A stretch of DNA of 64,000 bases from Nymphaea colorata (taxonomy: Eukaryota). Positions 1-13,812 of this stretch are shown one piece after another (the stretch's first letter is position 1; the number at the start of each line of letters is the position of its first letter). Location of the stretch: positions 15,190,001 through 15,254,000 of the forward strand of contig NC_045138.2 of assembly GCF_008831285.2 (NCBI RefSeq), written 5' to 3'. The notes below the pieces were generated by a model. That model searched no databases and was not told where the DNA came from. It saw nothing but the letters and a program-made list of their open reading frames with translations. A program made the translations under genes and the position numbers.

Positions 1-469
1 TTTAAGTTTTCAACAATTTTAATTTACTGCTGATTTGTGCATTTAATATAATCCCAAGTCGATTCTTATAATTAAGCGCCTACACCAGCCGTTTTTCTTT
101 TTAATTATTCATCTGATTATTTCATTACAAACAAGAGTTGTTGGCAACAAGAGATTTGCGAAATATGCTGAAGTAAAAATTAAGAACTCACTTTGTGTCT
201 CTGACATGTTCTCGTATACCATCTTCAATTATTTGTAGTTGGAAAAAGAAAAAATTCATATGAACTAAAAAATATTATGAAAATGAGATTTATTTCCATA
301 TGCCATAGATGCAAGGTTTAGTAAGCATGGATTTGATGTTTACAGATTTTGGAGGTTCATTTCGTCAATAGTTAGAAATGGTAGAGCTTGGCTGGAGTAA
401 AGCGTGGTTTTACTTTTGGGGAATGGAGGGATTCCACTTGGGTGTTGCAGTGTGATGGAAGCGTCGGGG

Positions 470-1482
470 GAGAGAGAGAGAGAGAGAGAGCAGCTGGAAC
501 TGTCGGCGTCCGAGGCCCGTCAGAAGGTGCCATTAAAACTGCACATGCCAACAACTCCTCTCTCTCGCACTCTCTGTTACTGAGGAGAGACAGTGATCTG
601 CCTTTCAGTCTCTGATCGAGCCATTGCTCACGTCCCAGCTGCTGAGCACGAGCGGAAGCAGCGGTCCTCACTCTTTCGATCGACGTGGCCGGCGGGGAGC
701 TCAAGTGAAGAGAGAAGACCGTCTGCCGGGGAGACGGAGGGAGGAGAGGCTCGAGTGCTTCGTTGCTTTTGGAAGTAAAGGATCGGAGAAATGCGAGCGG
801 ACTAGATTGGCATTTGTTCTTCGTCGTTTCCGCCGTAATGGGATTGCTTTACGGGAGGGAATTCGTTGCTTTGCGCGGCTTTTGTTCGTTGTTTGTGCTT
901 TCACGGTGATGAGATTCCGTTGTGGGAGGGAATTTGATTCGTTCTGGGTTTGTCGTTGCGGGAGGTTGAGTTTTAAGAGGGGAGCTTTGAAGAGTTCGAG
1001 AGGTTCTGAGGTGGTTTGCGGTTCCCGGGCGAGGGGTTGGTGTTTCTGCGGGGCGCTGGCCGGAGGTGCTCACATTGCGCCGATTTGGACTATGATCGCT
1101 TCAGTTACGGAATTTCGCTGCCCGTGATCAAGCTTGCTTGCGCCTCATTGGAGAAATTTGGAGTTAAAGTGAGGATTCTTTCGGCGTAATTAAATATCTC
1201 ACTATAAGTGAAACCTTGTGAACTCAAAGCATCATGAGAAGGAGATTTGCTTCTATCCTACAGATTCAAGTGGTTCAGGCAGGAATCGGCGTTCCTGTCA
1301 AGAATTTCTAACATTATTTGGCGTGTTTTGGATGGATTTGCATTAGGAATCGGCGCTTTCATCGTGGAATTGTATCATACGTCCATTTTTCGTAGTAAAT
1401 TGTGGGTTCAAACGTTTCGCAACTCCAGCTTGCTCACTGAGAACTTAAAGACTATCCTGCTTTGTCATCCTCATTTCGGTAG
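470..1482 (+). promoter_or_regulatory. Promoter/5' leader of NEK copy 1, with blocks conserved in copy 2 and a probable 5'UTR intron acceptor at 1481-1482
   Basis: (GA)n-CAGCTGGAA-TGTCGGCG...GCCATTAAA..GCAC...GATCTGCCTTTC and AAAGGATCGGAG-AATGCGA recur at about 12774-13105. A CGGTAG acceptor lies 47 nt before the ATG in both paralogues. Confidence 0.6.
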
Positions 1483-1529
1483 GAATTCATCGTCGATTTT
1501 GATTACCGGCTTTCTCGTGGATCGGCATC

Positions 1530-4500
1530 ATGGCATCCCGAATGGATCAGTATGAGATAATGGAACAGATTGGCAGGGGAGCATTCGGAGCAGCAATCCT
1601 TGTGAATCACAAAGCAGAGAAAAAAAAGTCTGTTTTCCATTTCGATTACTTGCTCCTTCCGTTTTGAATTTCTCTTTTATTTCGTTTTGTATGGTGGGTT
1701 ACCTGCTGCTTTCGCCTATCAAATTCAGATATGTTCTCAAGAAAATACGTCTGGCACGGCAAACTGATCGTTGCAGGAGGTCAGCCCACCAGGAGGTAAG
1801 AGATAATGGCCGCTATTTTAGTTCACTACCGCAATTGATTTCGGTTGTTCTTATACTTGTCATTTATTCGTTGACAGATGGCTCTCATTGCACGGATTCA
1901 GCACCCTTACATAGTGGACTTTAAAGAAGCATGGGTAGAGAAGGTACACAATACTTCTTTCCGAACCTTAGCTTTCTAGGCGATCGTCAATTAACCGATC
2001 GTGTTCAAAATTGAGCCATAGGCTTGTCTGATCGCTTTGCAGGCAATAGTTAATTAACTGATGAACCTAGCCGACCTCCGTAATTCTTAACGTATGTACC
2101 ACTTTTCTACTCATTATTGAGACTCATGCTTTCAATAGCTTCTCGAATTTCCCTAGTTGTTGGCAGGTACGTATCTGTTTCCTAAGATGTTATTACCATT
2201 ATAGGGGATGCTGGGCTCTGCTATACATTGATCCAGAAACAAGCTCTATGGACAAGATAACATGGAGATGCCAAAATCCTAAGCTGCACGACAAGCCAGC
2301 ACTTCACCTATTTGGATGTCTATCAATATTATGTACACTTGCGCCCCCACACAGGGACACAAACACACAGAGACACATACATGAGCAGTTAGCAGTTGCA
2401 TGTCACCCTGGGCGAAATGTTATCATTGTAAATTCAGAACCTATGAGCTAGGATAACTGAAGTATGTTGAAAGTATGTTAACTTACAATTAACTGATCAG
2501 CAAATATGCGTTTAGAAGTTCTACTAGAGGTTCACAGTGATCAGATGAATTAGCCATACATGCGTTGCCAGTTCTTTTAGGTTAACATTTTTTTTTTTTG
2601 GGGTTATTTTTATTCACGTTTTGAAAACATAATTTTTATCCTTCTAATTGATCCCTGTAGTTCAAGTGTAAATAAGTTTTCAAGACACTAGAGTCAATTT
2701 CTAGCTCCACAAAATTTGTCTTTTCATTTTTTTGCCTCTTCTCCTATCCTGCCTTTTCTTTTAGTTCCAAGTTAGGCTTTTTATGTAAAACTTACGTGAC
2801 CTTTTGCTTGGAGATAGGGTTGCTACGTGTGCATTATCACTGGATATTGTGAAGGTGGAGACATGTGAGTACCACTTCCGAGCAGCAATTTTAGTACCAC
2901 AGAATTCTGCTGACTTAATAATTCATCATATCATTCATGACATTGTTATCTGTTTATGTTTTTAGGGCAGAGCTGATGAAGAAGTCAAATGGTGCTTTGT
3001 TCCCAGAGGAGGTATAGTCATCTTAATTGATCCAGATATGATAATGCTAATAAGATTCATGATAAGTTGCTTATGCTTAGGCATGGCATTGATACTTGCT
3101 AGCTTTCAATCCTCTATTTCAAAATTTTCATGCAAAACGTTTTTCAACACTGAACAGAAACTGTGTAAATGGTTCACACAATTGTTGCTGGCCGTGGAGT
3201 ACCTACATTCAAATTTTGTTCTGCATAGGGATCTCAAGGTTGGTTGTTACTTGTTAGCTTTTGAGTACATCCTCTTACCAACTTTCACAAATAAATTTTT
3301 TCTAAATCTGCAGTATGATGTACCAAACAGTGCATCTTGTATGTGTAATTATTAAGCTGATTCTGTTTCGCCTTTGGCTTGTAGTGCTCAAACATATTCC
3401 TCACTAAGGATCATGATGTTCGTCTTGGTAAGTATTTTAGAAAACTAACAGCTTTGTTATATTGGCTGCAATTTTCCTTTGTTAATACAATGGGTATCCT
3501 TTTACGGCACTTTCATTGTTTGTATAGGTGATTTTGGACTTGCAAAAACTTTGAAGGCAGACGATTTGGCATCTTCTGTAGGTCACTTTTCCTCTTGCAT
3601 ATGGTTTCTGGTTGAGGCAGCACACTATCATTTATTCTACTCATTTCTGTAATCTGAATCTGATTTTTGCATGAGATGCTTCAACTGTTACAGTTTCTGG
3701 AAAAAAAATTATGCCTGGTTATAGATTACCTACCAGCAATGATGAAGATTATTGCAGAATCATTTGAGATATTTATTTAGCAGATATTGGAGGATCCATT
3801 TACAACCGGTGGAATTGATAAATTACTCTATAAGCAGGAAGGACGAGGAGATGCAAAACATAGAAAAATGTCACAATGAACTCTCTGATTTTTTTCTTTT
3901 AATATTTGTCCTAAGGTGTCGTTTGCAGTGGTACTGTCATACACATATTACGTATAACTATTTATTTGTTTATGTACATATAGTTATTGGTTTACTTATG
4001 TATTTGTATCTTTTTTTTTTGTGTGCATATATTCTATGTTTATCTTGCATATTCTATGATGGTCATGCTCCGTAGTGTCTTCCCTTTTTCTTCCTTCATT
4101 TACAAGGTTTGACGTGTCACTTTTCTTAATAGCTTAATTCATAGGTCATAAGTCATAACTCAAGTCTAAGAGAATATCAAGTTTTTAGCAGCTGCGTACA
4201 GTGCATTCTTCATTTCAGGCATGTTTTACTACCATTGCCTGTGCTCTGTGTTAAGTTTCCTTCGATTGATTTCTTTTGCTTCTTGAATCCCTGAAAATAT
4301 TTACAATTGCGACCTTGTAATACTTTCTGACAATCTATAGTCGGCTATTCGGTCTACTAGTGTACATAATACTTGTGCAGCTGACCTTCGAATGTCTTTA
4401 TTTACTTTAAATTGGTAAGACATTAAAGGCAAAACTAATGCTTACGTCGATGTCCTCTCTCTATCTCTCTCCATGATTTCCGCAGGTAGTAGGCACTCCT

Positions 4501-7500
4501 AATTATATGTGCCCAGAGCTTTTGGCTGACATTCCTTACGGTTTCAAGTCTGATATTTGGTCTCTAGGTGCCCTCTCTCTCCTTCGTGTCTCCATGATAA
4601 GCCAATCATTTTATGCGATGATTATATTAATGTTTGAACATAAGTTATGTATGTGGTCTTGCAGGTTGCTGTATGTATGAGATGGCTGCACATCGTCCAG
4701 CATTCAAGGCTTTTGTATGACCTACTCACCTTGACTCATTCCTTATCCTATTTTACAAGAGTTCCAAGTTCTTGATTGACCTTCAACACTAAAATGACAG
4801 GATGATGGATAACCTTGGACTAAGTAATATCATATTCTTCTCAGATAATTCACGTCAAAGGTTGATTCAGTTATAAGTCGAGGCAAATTAGGAAACTGAA
4901 AATTAACTCCAAACAGAGTAGACCGGTAATGATACATATATATAGATGAATATTCTTGAAGATATCTGGGTTTAATAAAATAACTCACCACAGGCATAAC
5001 AGTATTGAAGTCCCACGGAAATGATTAAACCTCAAATACAGATCATGTTAGATGACCAGTGAAGTAAAAGTTATCCATTACATTATTTCTGATTATACCA
5101 TTAAGTTGGGCTTCATGTTGCTGTAGAAACCCTGTTTGTGAAATGATGTTATATTCTTTTATGTTCGTCGATATAATTGTTCTTGTGGACTTCTGCTTGA
5201 TTTCATGTTTGATTCTTAGCGACCCCCCTTCCTTTGCCATGTGTCTTACTAACGTGTGTTTATGTGTTTGTTGGTCACATCTGACTTATTTAGGATATGG
5301 CTGGGCTTATAAGCAAAATAAATCGCTCTTCCATGGGTCCACTACCAGCATGTTATTCTTCATCCTTGTGAGTATTTGTTGCACTTTAGATTTAATCTGT
5401 CCTCTATATTTAGTCCCTAGCAAATGAATTCTTGTCTTTAGCTTTTTTATCCGGAGTTCAGCATCCCTTAGAAATACTAGTAATTTTGAAGACGTTGATC
5501 ATGTCGGTTATATTCAATTTTTCTAAGAGGAATCACGGAGACCATAAATTGCAGGAAAACACTTATCAAGAGTATGCTGAGAAAGAATCCAGAGCATCGG
5601 CCTAGTGTAAGATTAAGATCCTGCCGTTGAGTGCTTTGCCAAAATTTTTTGTCCCTTCCCCTTGATTTTTATACCAGTAAATAAATTTGACAGGCATCTG
5701 AGATTTTGAAGCATCCTTACTTGCAACAATATGTTGTTCAATATCGTGTCTCTGTCAATCTCATATCATCTGCGGCACCTGAGAAGCCCCTCCGCAGTGC
5801 ACACCGAAGTCACAGCATGGCTGAAAGCCAAACTAGTAGCCGGTCTAGCAGTGACAGGGAGAGTGTACATTCTAGTGGAAAAAGCAATCATTTCCTGGGC
5901 GCTGATGACCACAAAGCTAATGAGAGAGAAAGCCCAAATAATGATTTGGTGGACTCTGCTAATAGCTGCAATCATTCACCAGTGGGAACATCTCATTGGT
6001 CAAGTGACACATCCTCTCCAAGCATCAAGAGTACTGAAGTAAAGAAACATGAAACTTACACTCGTGATGTTTGCAAACCTAAAGCTGATGTAAAGGCACA
6101 AAAAAATGTAAAGAATATATTGGTTGCTCTAAAAGAGGAGGTTAAAGCTAGGGAAAACAGCTCGCCTCTAAGAAGCAGTCGTTCCAAGAGCAGTGGTGTA
6201 TCAAGCCAAAAGACTAACATTGAGGCATCACCTGCTGTTTCCAAGCCTTCTGCCGCAATATCATCCTCTCCGAAGCCTAGCAATGACAATGCTGTTGCAC
6301 CCAGAATCAATGCTGATATATCGAAGAGGATGCCGACAGCGCACGTGTTGAAGCATACGGTGAGATAGCAATATCATTTTTCTTTCGTCATAATAGTTTA
6401 AGCGTCTTTAAATTGTTTGCTTTAGTTTTAAGTCAGCAAATGAATTTCAACGTGGAACCCTCATCTTACTGGCATTTTTTTGTCTACTTTCAACAGTTGC
6501 CCACACCTGAGGGTTCTCCTAAGACTAAAGCAAAAGTTGAAGAATTGCCAGCCTCTGGCCACCTGAAGCCTGTTTTGGAAGATGGACTATCTGGAAAGCC
6601 AAGACAACGCCATGCAATTCCCAGTTTCACAAGAAGAACATCAGTCCCTGTGCAGATGAAACACTCTGAAGGTGGCATGGAGCAACCAGCAAGTGAGCTC
6701 AAGCAAGAAGCAAAGAGTGCTTCACATGAGTCATGTAAAGGAACAAAAACAGATGCTTCAACTTCAAAATCATCATGCAATAGCAGTAAGGATTTTGAAC
6801 TTGCAGAGGAGGGTTCTGACACTATAGGAGGAAATAGGCAGCAAGATGTGGAGCAAAAGCCAAGTAATAGAAATTGCAGCTTACAAACAGAAATCTTAGG
6901 GTTACATCCAAGTGTTGGAGTACAAGCTCCCGATACCTGTTTGAAGTTGTCATCTGAGCCTGTAATGCAGGAAACTGGACTTTGTGTGAAGAGGGAATAC
7001 AGCAACTCATGCTATGCACCTCACATTCCTCACTGTCAAGGTCAAGTTCACAGCAGAATAATTCCTGAACCTGATTCATCTGCTTGTTCTACCTCACGTA
7101 TAGCAGTTGCCATGTCAGAAAATCAGTCCATAGAAAGCACTGCACACATGGACAGAACTGTCTTAACCCGGGTTGAAGAACCGCATGCAAATGGGGATCG
7201 TCAAAATAATGTTGTCCTTGACGATGAAGTGGAGTCAAGTGCATGTCCTTCCCCTTCTACGTCTGTGCAGCCAAGTACATCCCATGAAGATGAGCTTCCT
7301 GCAGGCAGACCTGGTGAGCCAGAGATAGAAACAGACCCTGTGTCGTGTTCTGTCTCCATGGCAGCTGGGGACGACAAATTCATGGTTACAGAACTTCGCT
7401 CCTCTATCCATGACACAACTTCTTGCTCCGTTGCAGCCACACCAAAGAGCCTGCATTCGGATAATGAATCCAAGGTACAGAAGAAGCCGTTGCCACACCT

Positions 7501-7942
7501 CCCTCCGGCATTTGATGATGTCATACACGTCATAAGGCATAGCAGTTTTCGAGTAGGAAGTGAGCAGCCAGTGTTGGAGTCTATGGAGATGGGAGCACAG
7601 AATATGGATGTCGGCAAACTGATTAATGTGGTGAGGGATGATCCTCAAACTAAAGCTTTGAAACCGACTTTGGTTCAGAACATGGGAAATGAGAATGACA
7701 GTGTAGACAAGGATGAGACTCCAGAAAGGGAGGCCTTGGATATCAAGTCATACAGACAGAGAGCGGATGCGCTTGAAGGGCTCCTGGAGCTTTCTGCAGA
7801 TCTGCTACAACAAAAGCGTTTAGATGAGCTTGCAGTGGTGCTGAGACCGTTTGGAAAGGACAAGGTTTCGCCAAGGGAAACAGCAATATGGTTGGCAAAG
7901 AGCCTAAAGGGAATGAACGAGGGGAGTTCTGGACGTCATTAG
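1530..7942 (+). CDS. NEK5: NIMA-related Ser/Thr kinase, plant NEK6/IBO1 (UniProt Nek5) clade, copy 1; about 955 aa, 14 coding exons
   Basis: Exons: 1530-1627, 1729-1795, 1878-1943, 2818-2864, 2966-3011, 3158-3238, 3385-3427, 3528-3577, 4486-4567, 4665-4714, 5294-5367, 5555-5606, 5694-6359, 6497-7942. All introns are GT-AG and the total of 2868 nt is in frame. Protein begins [20 protein letters not shown] and has YVLKK, HRDLKCSN, DFG and GTPNYMCPE. It ends with the plant NEK C-terminal motifs [16 protein letters not shown] and [20 protein letters not shown]...[15 protein letters not shown]. Confidence 0.93.
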
Positions 7943-8330
7943 TTTGGGGCTAAAAATGTTGAATTTTCTTCATTTTTTCCCTTGTCAATTTCTGTTTTCA
8001 GTTTATCTCTATCTTATTTGTTTAATGCAGCCAAATAGTAAATGTGTTCCTATGTTCATATTCATTTTTCAATTCTTTAATTTGAATTGGAACTAGTCCA
8101 GCTTCGCATTTTCCCGTATGGCTGACAAATGCTGCTTTACTGGATCATTAGCCCATTAAGGCAATTGAAACTGCAGGTTGTGCAACAAACGTTTCTTAAG
8201 TTAAACTTTTTGTGTGATGACTAACGGTGTTTTTCAGCACAGATCACCCCATTTGCAACTTGTACAGCTTAATAGAAAAAAAAAAAACAGAATATTGATG
8301 TTGAGACGTGTTCTTTTTTGCATAGAACTA

Positions 8331-8548
8331 AGGGCCCGTTCTTGTTACTGTTCGATGAACTCCGCCCATGGAACATTGTGATGATAACAAACTGTTATTA
8401 TTTTATGAACTTGTCCAAAAATTTGGGGCAGATTCATAAAACATTGTGTTTAAAAATTGGGGCAAATTCATAAATATTATGTTACAGTGTTTCATGAATC
8501 TCTCCAAATTTTTGGGTAGATTGCTAGTGTTGCCAAAATGGGGCATAA
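8331..8548. mobile_element. Degenerate Tourist/PIF-Harbinger-like MITE
   Basis: Ends TAA-GGGCCCGTT...CCAAAATGGGGCA-TAA. Internal palindromic/direct repeats of ATGAA..CCAAAAATTTGGGGCAGATTCAT. Confidence 0.4.
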
Positions 8549-11500
8549 CAGACTGTAAATAGAAAGTTCATGCCAAAAAATTTTGATCCAAAGAAAATAA
8601 GATCACGTCATCTTTTTCATCTTAATATTATTTTCACCGTCCATTCTATATCCATTGTTTTTCCGTTTTTAACGGATCTTGGAAGCCCAATTCTGACTCC
8701 TCATTTGTCAGCTCCTGCAAAGCATAGAAAATGAAAGTTGTGCTTTCAACAACATTGGCGTAAATTTAATGTTTTACTAATCTATAACTCGTTACTCAGT
8801 CTCCATTCTGCCTAACAATCCTACATTGTGGGTTCATCACAGACCACACCCATATATAATCTGTAGATTCTGTACAGCTTATCCTTTTTTTCACCATCAA
8901 ACTGTAAATACCAAAATCTCGAAGCCAAAACATTTTGAGGAAATACGATAAAGCAGATGTTCAGATTCATACTAGGTGAATCGCCGTTGCCCTGTTTTTG
9001 TTCATTCCACATATGAAGGAAAATTTTGACCCAGGACGTGCTGGACATGGCACGTCTTCTAAAAAAAAGCACTTAAATTATGCAACTTTATTTAAAACTA
9101 TGAATTTTTGAGGCTAGATGTCTGTGAAATTATATGTTAAGAAGCTAATATTTGGTCATATATAAATTTTAGGGGATGTGTAAATTAAGTCATTGTAAAA
9201 TTATGCAGACTGATTGTAAGTAGTAGATCACCAATGCTAATTAAAGTTCACATAACAGGTAGAACGAGTAAATATGAAAACTACATATTGATTGACTTCG
9301 AATCATTTGATTGGCTTAATGATGGATTACAATCTTATAAAATACTCCTCTAAAGTCAAAATATTAGTTGTCATTTATGTTTTAAACAAATGTATTATAT
9401 ATATGTATATATAACACTTATGAAAATAGGTTTTAGAAAAGTTTCGAAAAGTCAAGACGTAAAGTCTTCATAAACCAAAAATGCGATAAAACTGCAGCAT
9501 CACGCGGAAGTGAGAATTCCAAGATCCCTGGACTTTGGCATCCCCAGTGAACTTCAAGCACAGAGACCAAGAAGGAATGCAGCTTCCTATAACCGATGCA
9601 GACGGTATGACTGGCAGTGCACCATGGCAAGTTAAAGATCAGAGCACAGCCATTTAACCATCAGAACTGGAACAACGTTTATCTTCAAAGAAGTCCCTGG
9701 ATTTCGAAAAGGATTCTCATTATTGGGGAGAGAGAGAGAGGGAGGCCAATTTATAATTTTCACTTGGAATATGCCCAAGAAAGAGAAAGATGCCGGTTGA
9801 ACTTCTTAAGGCGACGCAACCAAAGTGGGATACGCTCATTATTGCATTTAACTCAGCCCTTGGCCTATTTCAGTCTAGCTTTTCTTTTCAGACGGATTCA
9901 CGAAACAATAATATATTGTTTTCATTGTCAAATAATCCCTCAAAACCATGGCTTGTTTGACATGGATGACTGTCAATTTTTTTCTTTTTTCTTTTCTCTC
10001 TATCTTTCCACACATGGTGAATTTACTCAAAAGATACTGCCAAAATGCTCCAAATACATCTAAAAAGTCTGCTGTGCAAGGCAGCAGATGATTAGATTTT
10101 CAAGGTGTTAGGATGGCAGCATCCCCCTCGACCAACCCTAAAATTTAAAGCTCAGTGGCCCACGCTAGATGGGTCCACATTAATTTTTTTTTTTAGAAAA
10201 AAAAAATAAACTGTTAACCAACAGGAAAAACCTTGAATATCGACACAAAGTATTCAATCAGATGTGACTGAAATAGAAGAAAAGGGTTTTTTAACAACCA
10301 CAATAAACCCCACTGTGGGTCCAGATCCAACAAAATCCCAACTGTTCACTAGCAGTAAACTTTGAGTATGATGTAAGAGTACAACAACTGATCCAAATAC
10401 AGACCATCCCCATAGAAGAAAGCTTGCCAAAATCTAATAGGACCCACCAGCTGGGCTCCAGTTCAAACTGTTAGAAAGTAGTAAATGTTGGGTACTATGA
10501 AGGGTACAATCATGTGTAGTTTGAACCTAGTTAGAATTCCTTCTCAAAAATCTCGGGCCTTTGTGTCTGAGTCTGGACAGTGCCACATAAAGGGGAATAT
10601 ATAAACAGTGAAAGAGAAAAAAAAACAGACTTTACATATATGATACTATTGTCCTGATCTAGTTACCAAGACATTGGAGCTTGCTAGATCAGGCTATATT
10701 TGCTGATTGTCACTTTGTGAACTTCCATCTTCCCCACTTCAAGCCAGATGAATATTTGAAGCATCTGGTAAGTAAAATCCTTTCAGTTGCTGCCAAAAAA
10801 GCCGAAGCTAATCAGTTAAATAATGGAAAAAATGTGTGCCCTCATGAGTTTTAAGAAATGGGTGAATTTACATCTCATGCACAAGATCTTGACTTTGTGA
10901 GATTGGTTCTTCAAGGTGCATAGGTCTTATCAAACATCTCATCTTTTGCAGAAAAGATTGGAGAGGTATTATATTCCCTACGTCACATGCACCTTTCAAT
11001 GATTAATGAAACTTGACCTTTTACCAACTAACAAGGACAACTCAATCAAAATAGCTTCCTTCTATTCGACCCCTAGCCAAAGCCAGGTTGGAAGAAACTT
11101 TTGCTTCATATTGCATGTTAAATACCTAACTCATACATTTATGAACCAAATCATACTATATGGAAGATTCAGAAAATAGTATAAAACCTAACAAACAGAA
11201 CAGTCAAAGGAGTCCAAACATATTTTGGAATAGAATTTGATGCATGATACATTTGAAAAGAAGATGTTACCCTATGAGGGGTTTGTTTCGTGTTTGCAAT
11301 GTGGGCTTATGGACATGGGTGTTCCTGAGCCTGCTCATCTGAACAAGACACGGTGTGACCTCCTGTACCATAGAAGGCATACTGCTTGCTTTCTCTGCAA
11401 CACAGTGTTCCATAAATTTGACATTTCATGATCATGTCCATTTTTTATACAGATTCATGAAGAACACAGTGTTTGTCCTGTTACCAAATGCGCTTTTGAT

Positions 11501-12773
11501 ATACTCGAAAGCTGAACCCTTCCATGAATGCTTTGACCGAAGGTGATTTTAGTGTTCTCCTTCATAAAACACCAACCAGTCACAGACACAGATAGAAAGA
11601 GAAGAAAGAAGAAGGTAGCACGTGGGCGGTGCCCTAGAATCTGCAGTGACTAATGGGCACATGGACACTGATCTGGTTCTCATTGTCCTCCACTGATGAT
11701 ATTATGGAGAGGGGAGGAGATGCCTTTGTCCACTCCCTCTAGTGGATCATGGCCTGCTCCCTTTACCCCCACAAAACCTTAATGCGCCTCTCTATCTCTC
11801 TCTCTCTCAGCTTTCACTTTCTGTTTTATCCCGTGAACATTTTAAAACTTATGGATGGGACTAGTCACGATCAAATAAACCATGTCATTGTGATGTACAC
11901 AGGTAGAAGCGGAAAATTTATGCAAGGAGACCACATTTTAGAAGAAAAGTTTTATGGTTTTTGAAATAAGAATATGGTGTTTTCAGAACAAATCTCTTTT
12001 ACAAGTTAATTCTTGCACCTAAGCATTTGGTTCAATCAGATACAATGAAAGTCTTAAAGTTTGGATAATAACTTAATGAAAAAGAAAAGTGTAAAAGTAA
12101 AAGGCTTTTCTTAAACAGATGCATGCTCTTCAAACTTTTGACATCTTCAAGCCAATGGCGGAGCTAAGAAATAGTGGTGCAATATGCAAGTGCTTTTGTT
12201 CTAGTGATGTAATAAATGAAATAAATTACACAATGGGCTTTTGTTCGAGAATGACATACTATCAAAGTATAGTTCATATTTATATATCCTTCGAAGCCAT
12301 ATTGTGTCCCTCATGAAATAAGAGACGGCGTTTTATAAATAACTAATTATGTTAAATCTATCAACCGATTCTTTGTCGGATAAAATAGTGATCGAATCCG
12401 AACAGGAGTCAGATTGGTTGTTCTTACACCAATTCGGAACTGCTGCCCGAGAGGTCCACGTCGCCCATCTACCTGAGTGGGAAGGTCCAGGATGACGTGG
12501 ACCTGGAAGAAAATGACGACACAGTCCTGACCCGAATAAGGATTCAACAAGTTGGATCCGGAGAAGCCCCAGTGTTTCTTTGGCCCGATCCCAGTTTCCT
12601 CTCAAAGCCACTTAATTTAATTGGGGTTCGGACTCGGGTCAATTATCCGATTATATCGGAACCGTTGACGTTAGAAGGGCCAACGTCGTTTTTCTGGGAA
12701 AGCAGGGGACCCAAAGTAAACGTGCGATAAAACGAGTCACGATGCCAATGAAAGCATGAAGACGAAGGTAACG

Positions 12774-13765
12774 AGAGAGAGAGAGAGACCAGCTGGAAGT
12801 GTCGGCGTGCGTGGCACGGCTCGGTCCATTAGAGGACGCCATTAAAGTGCACGAGCCAATGACATCAAGATCGATCTCTCTCTCTCTCTTAATGAGAGGT
12901 AAGGATCTGCCTTTCCTTCTCTGAAGAAGTCATCCTCTTGAGTCTCAGTGGCTAAGCAAAAGGGAAGGCAGAACGTTCTGCTTCTCTCGCGCCGCCGTTT
13001 GGTAGGATCTCAAGGAAGAGAGGAAAAATTGTCTTTCAGCCAGAAGGTTAGAGGAGGGGCTCGACCGTCGCTCTTAGAAAAAGGAAAGGATCGGAGGAAT
13101 GCGAAGGAAATTAAATCGCTTTCCTTCTTCGTGTCTCTGAGGAAACGAGATTGCTTTTCGAGAGGGAATTTGTCGATTCAAGCTGTTGTTGTCTAGTCTC
13201 TGTGTTTTTGCGGCGATAAGTTTGCGTTTGTGTCATGAATTGACTGGCTCCTACTGTCAACGATTGAGTTTCTGGAAGGAGTTTTGAAGAGTTCTGGAGA
13301 TTTTGAGGGAGCTTGTGGTTGTAGGCGAGGAGCTCACCGTCTGGGTGTTTTGTCTTTTTTTTTTCTGTTGTAAGGATTCAGGCGACCAGGTCGTCCCGGG
13401 AATTTGAACTTTTGACGATGACAATGACGAACTCTTGAGAGTTTTTGAAAGATTAAATTGAGGTTTTCCCATCAAGGAATTGATTATTTAGGTCGTTTTT
13501 GTGAATCCAGTGAGTCTCGGAGGGAGGGGAGGGATTATTTTTCCCACAGTCCGGAGTGGGGTGGCTCTGGCGTATTTTATTGTTATTAGTGCTTGCGTCA
13601 AGATTTCGTTTAATTACTCCGTTTTTCGGCAAACGTTTCGGTTAGAAAGTGGTGTAATCATATTGAAGATCCAGCATCTCATACAACGTGTAGCTTCAAG
13701 TATTTCCTATGGAAATCCTGCTTTCTCAACGACAACTTGAAGAAGTCCAGTCATAATCTCGGTAG
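12774..13765 (+). promoter_or_regulatory. Promoter/5' leader of NEK copy 2, homologous to 470-1482
   Basis: Same conserved blocks in the same order as upstream of copy 1. Acceptor CGGTAG ends at 13765, 47 nt before ATG 13813. Confidence 0.6.
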
Positions 13766-13812
13766 GGAATCGTCTTTTAGCTGATTTTTGGGTTTGCTGG
13801 CTTGCCGGCATT

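Noticed and set aside
372..1127. Several 60-167 aa ORFs upstream of NEK copy 1
   Set aside because: GA/GC-rich leader sequence. The frames are not conserved in the homologous region of copy 2, and no domain is recognisable.
6490..7863. Antisense ORFs over NEK exon 14 (also 20279-23128)
   Set aside because: Shadow ORFs of the coding strand. Their similarity between paralogues simply mirrors sense-strand conservation.
10184..11550. Possible decayed LINE 3' end (minus-strand poly-A at about 10184-10195, Trp-rich fragments)
   Set aside because: I could not recover a convincing RT, zf-RVT or RNase H motif; a tBLASTn or HMM search is needed.
11580..11830. Purine-rich then pyrimidine-rich tract resembling a miRNA or snoRNA precursor
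   Set aside because: No match to conserved miRNAs I recognise, no clean long stem, and no properly placed C/D box pair.
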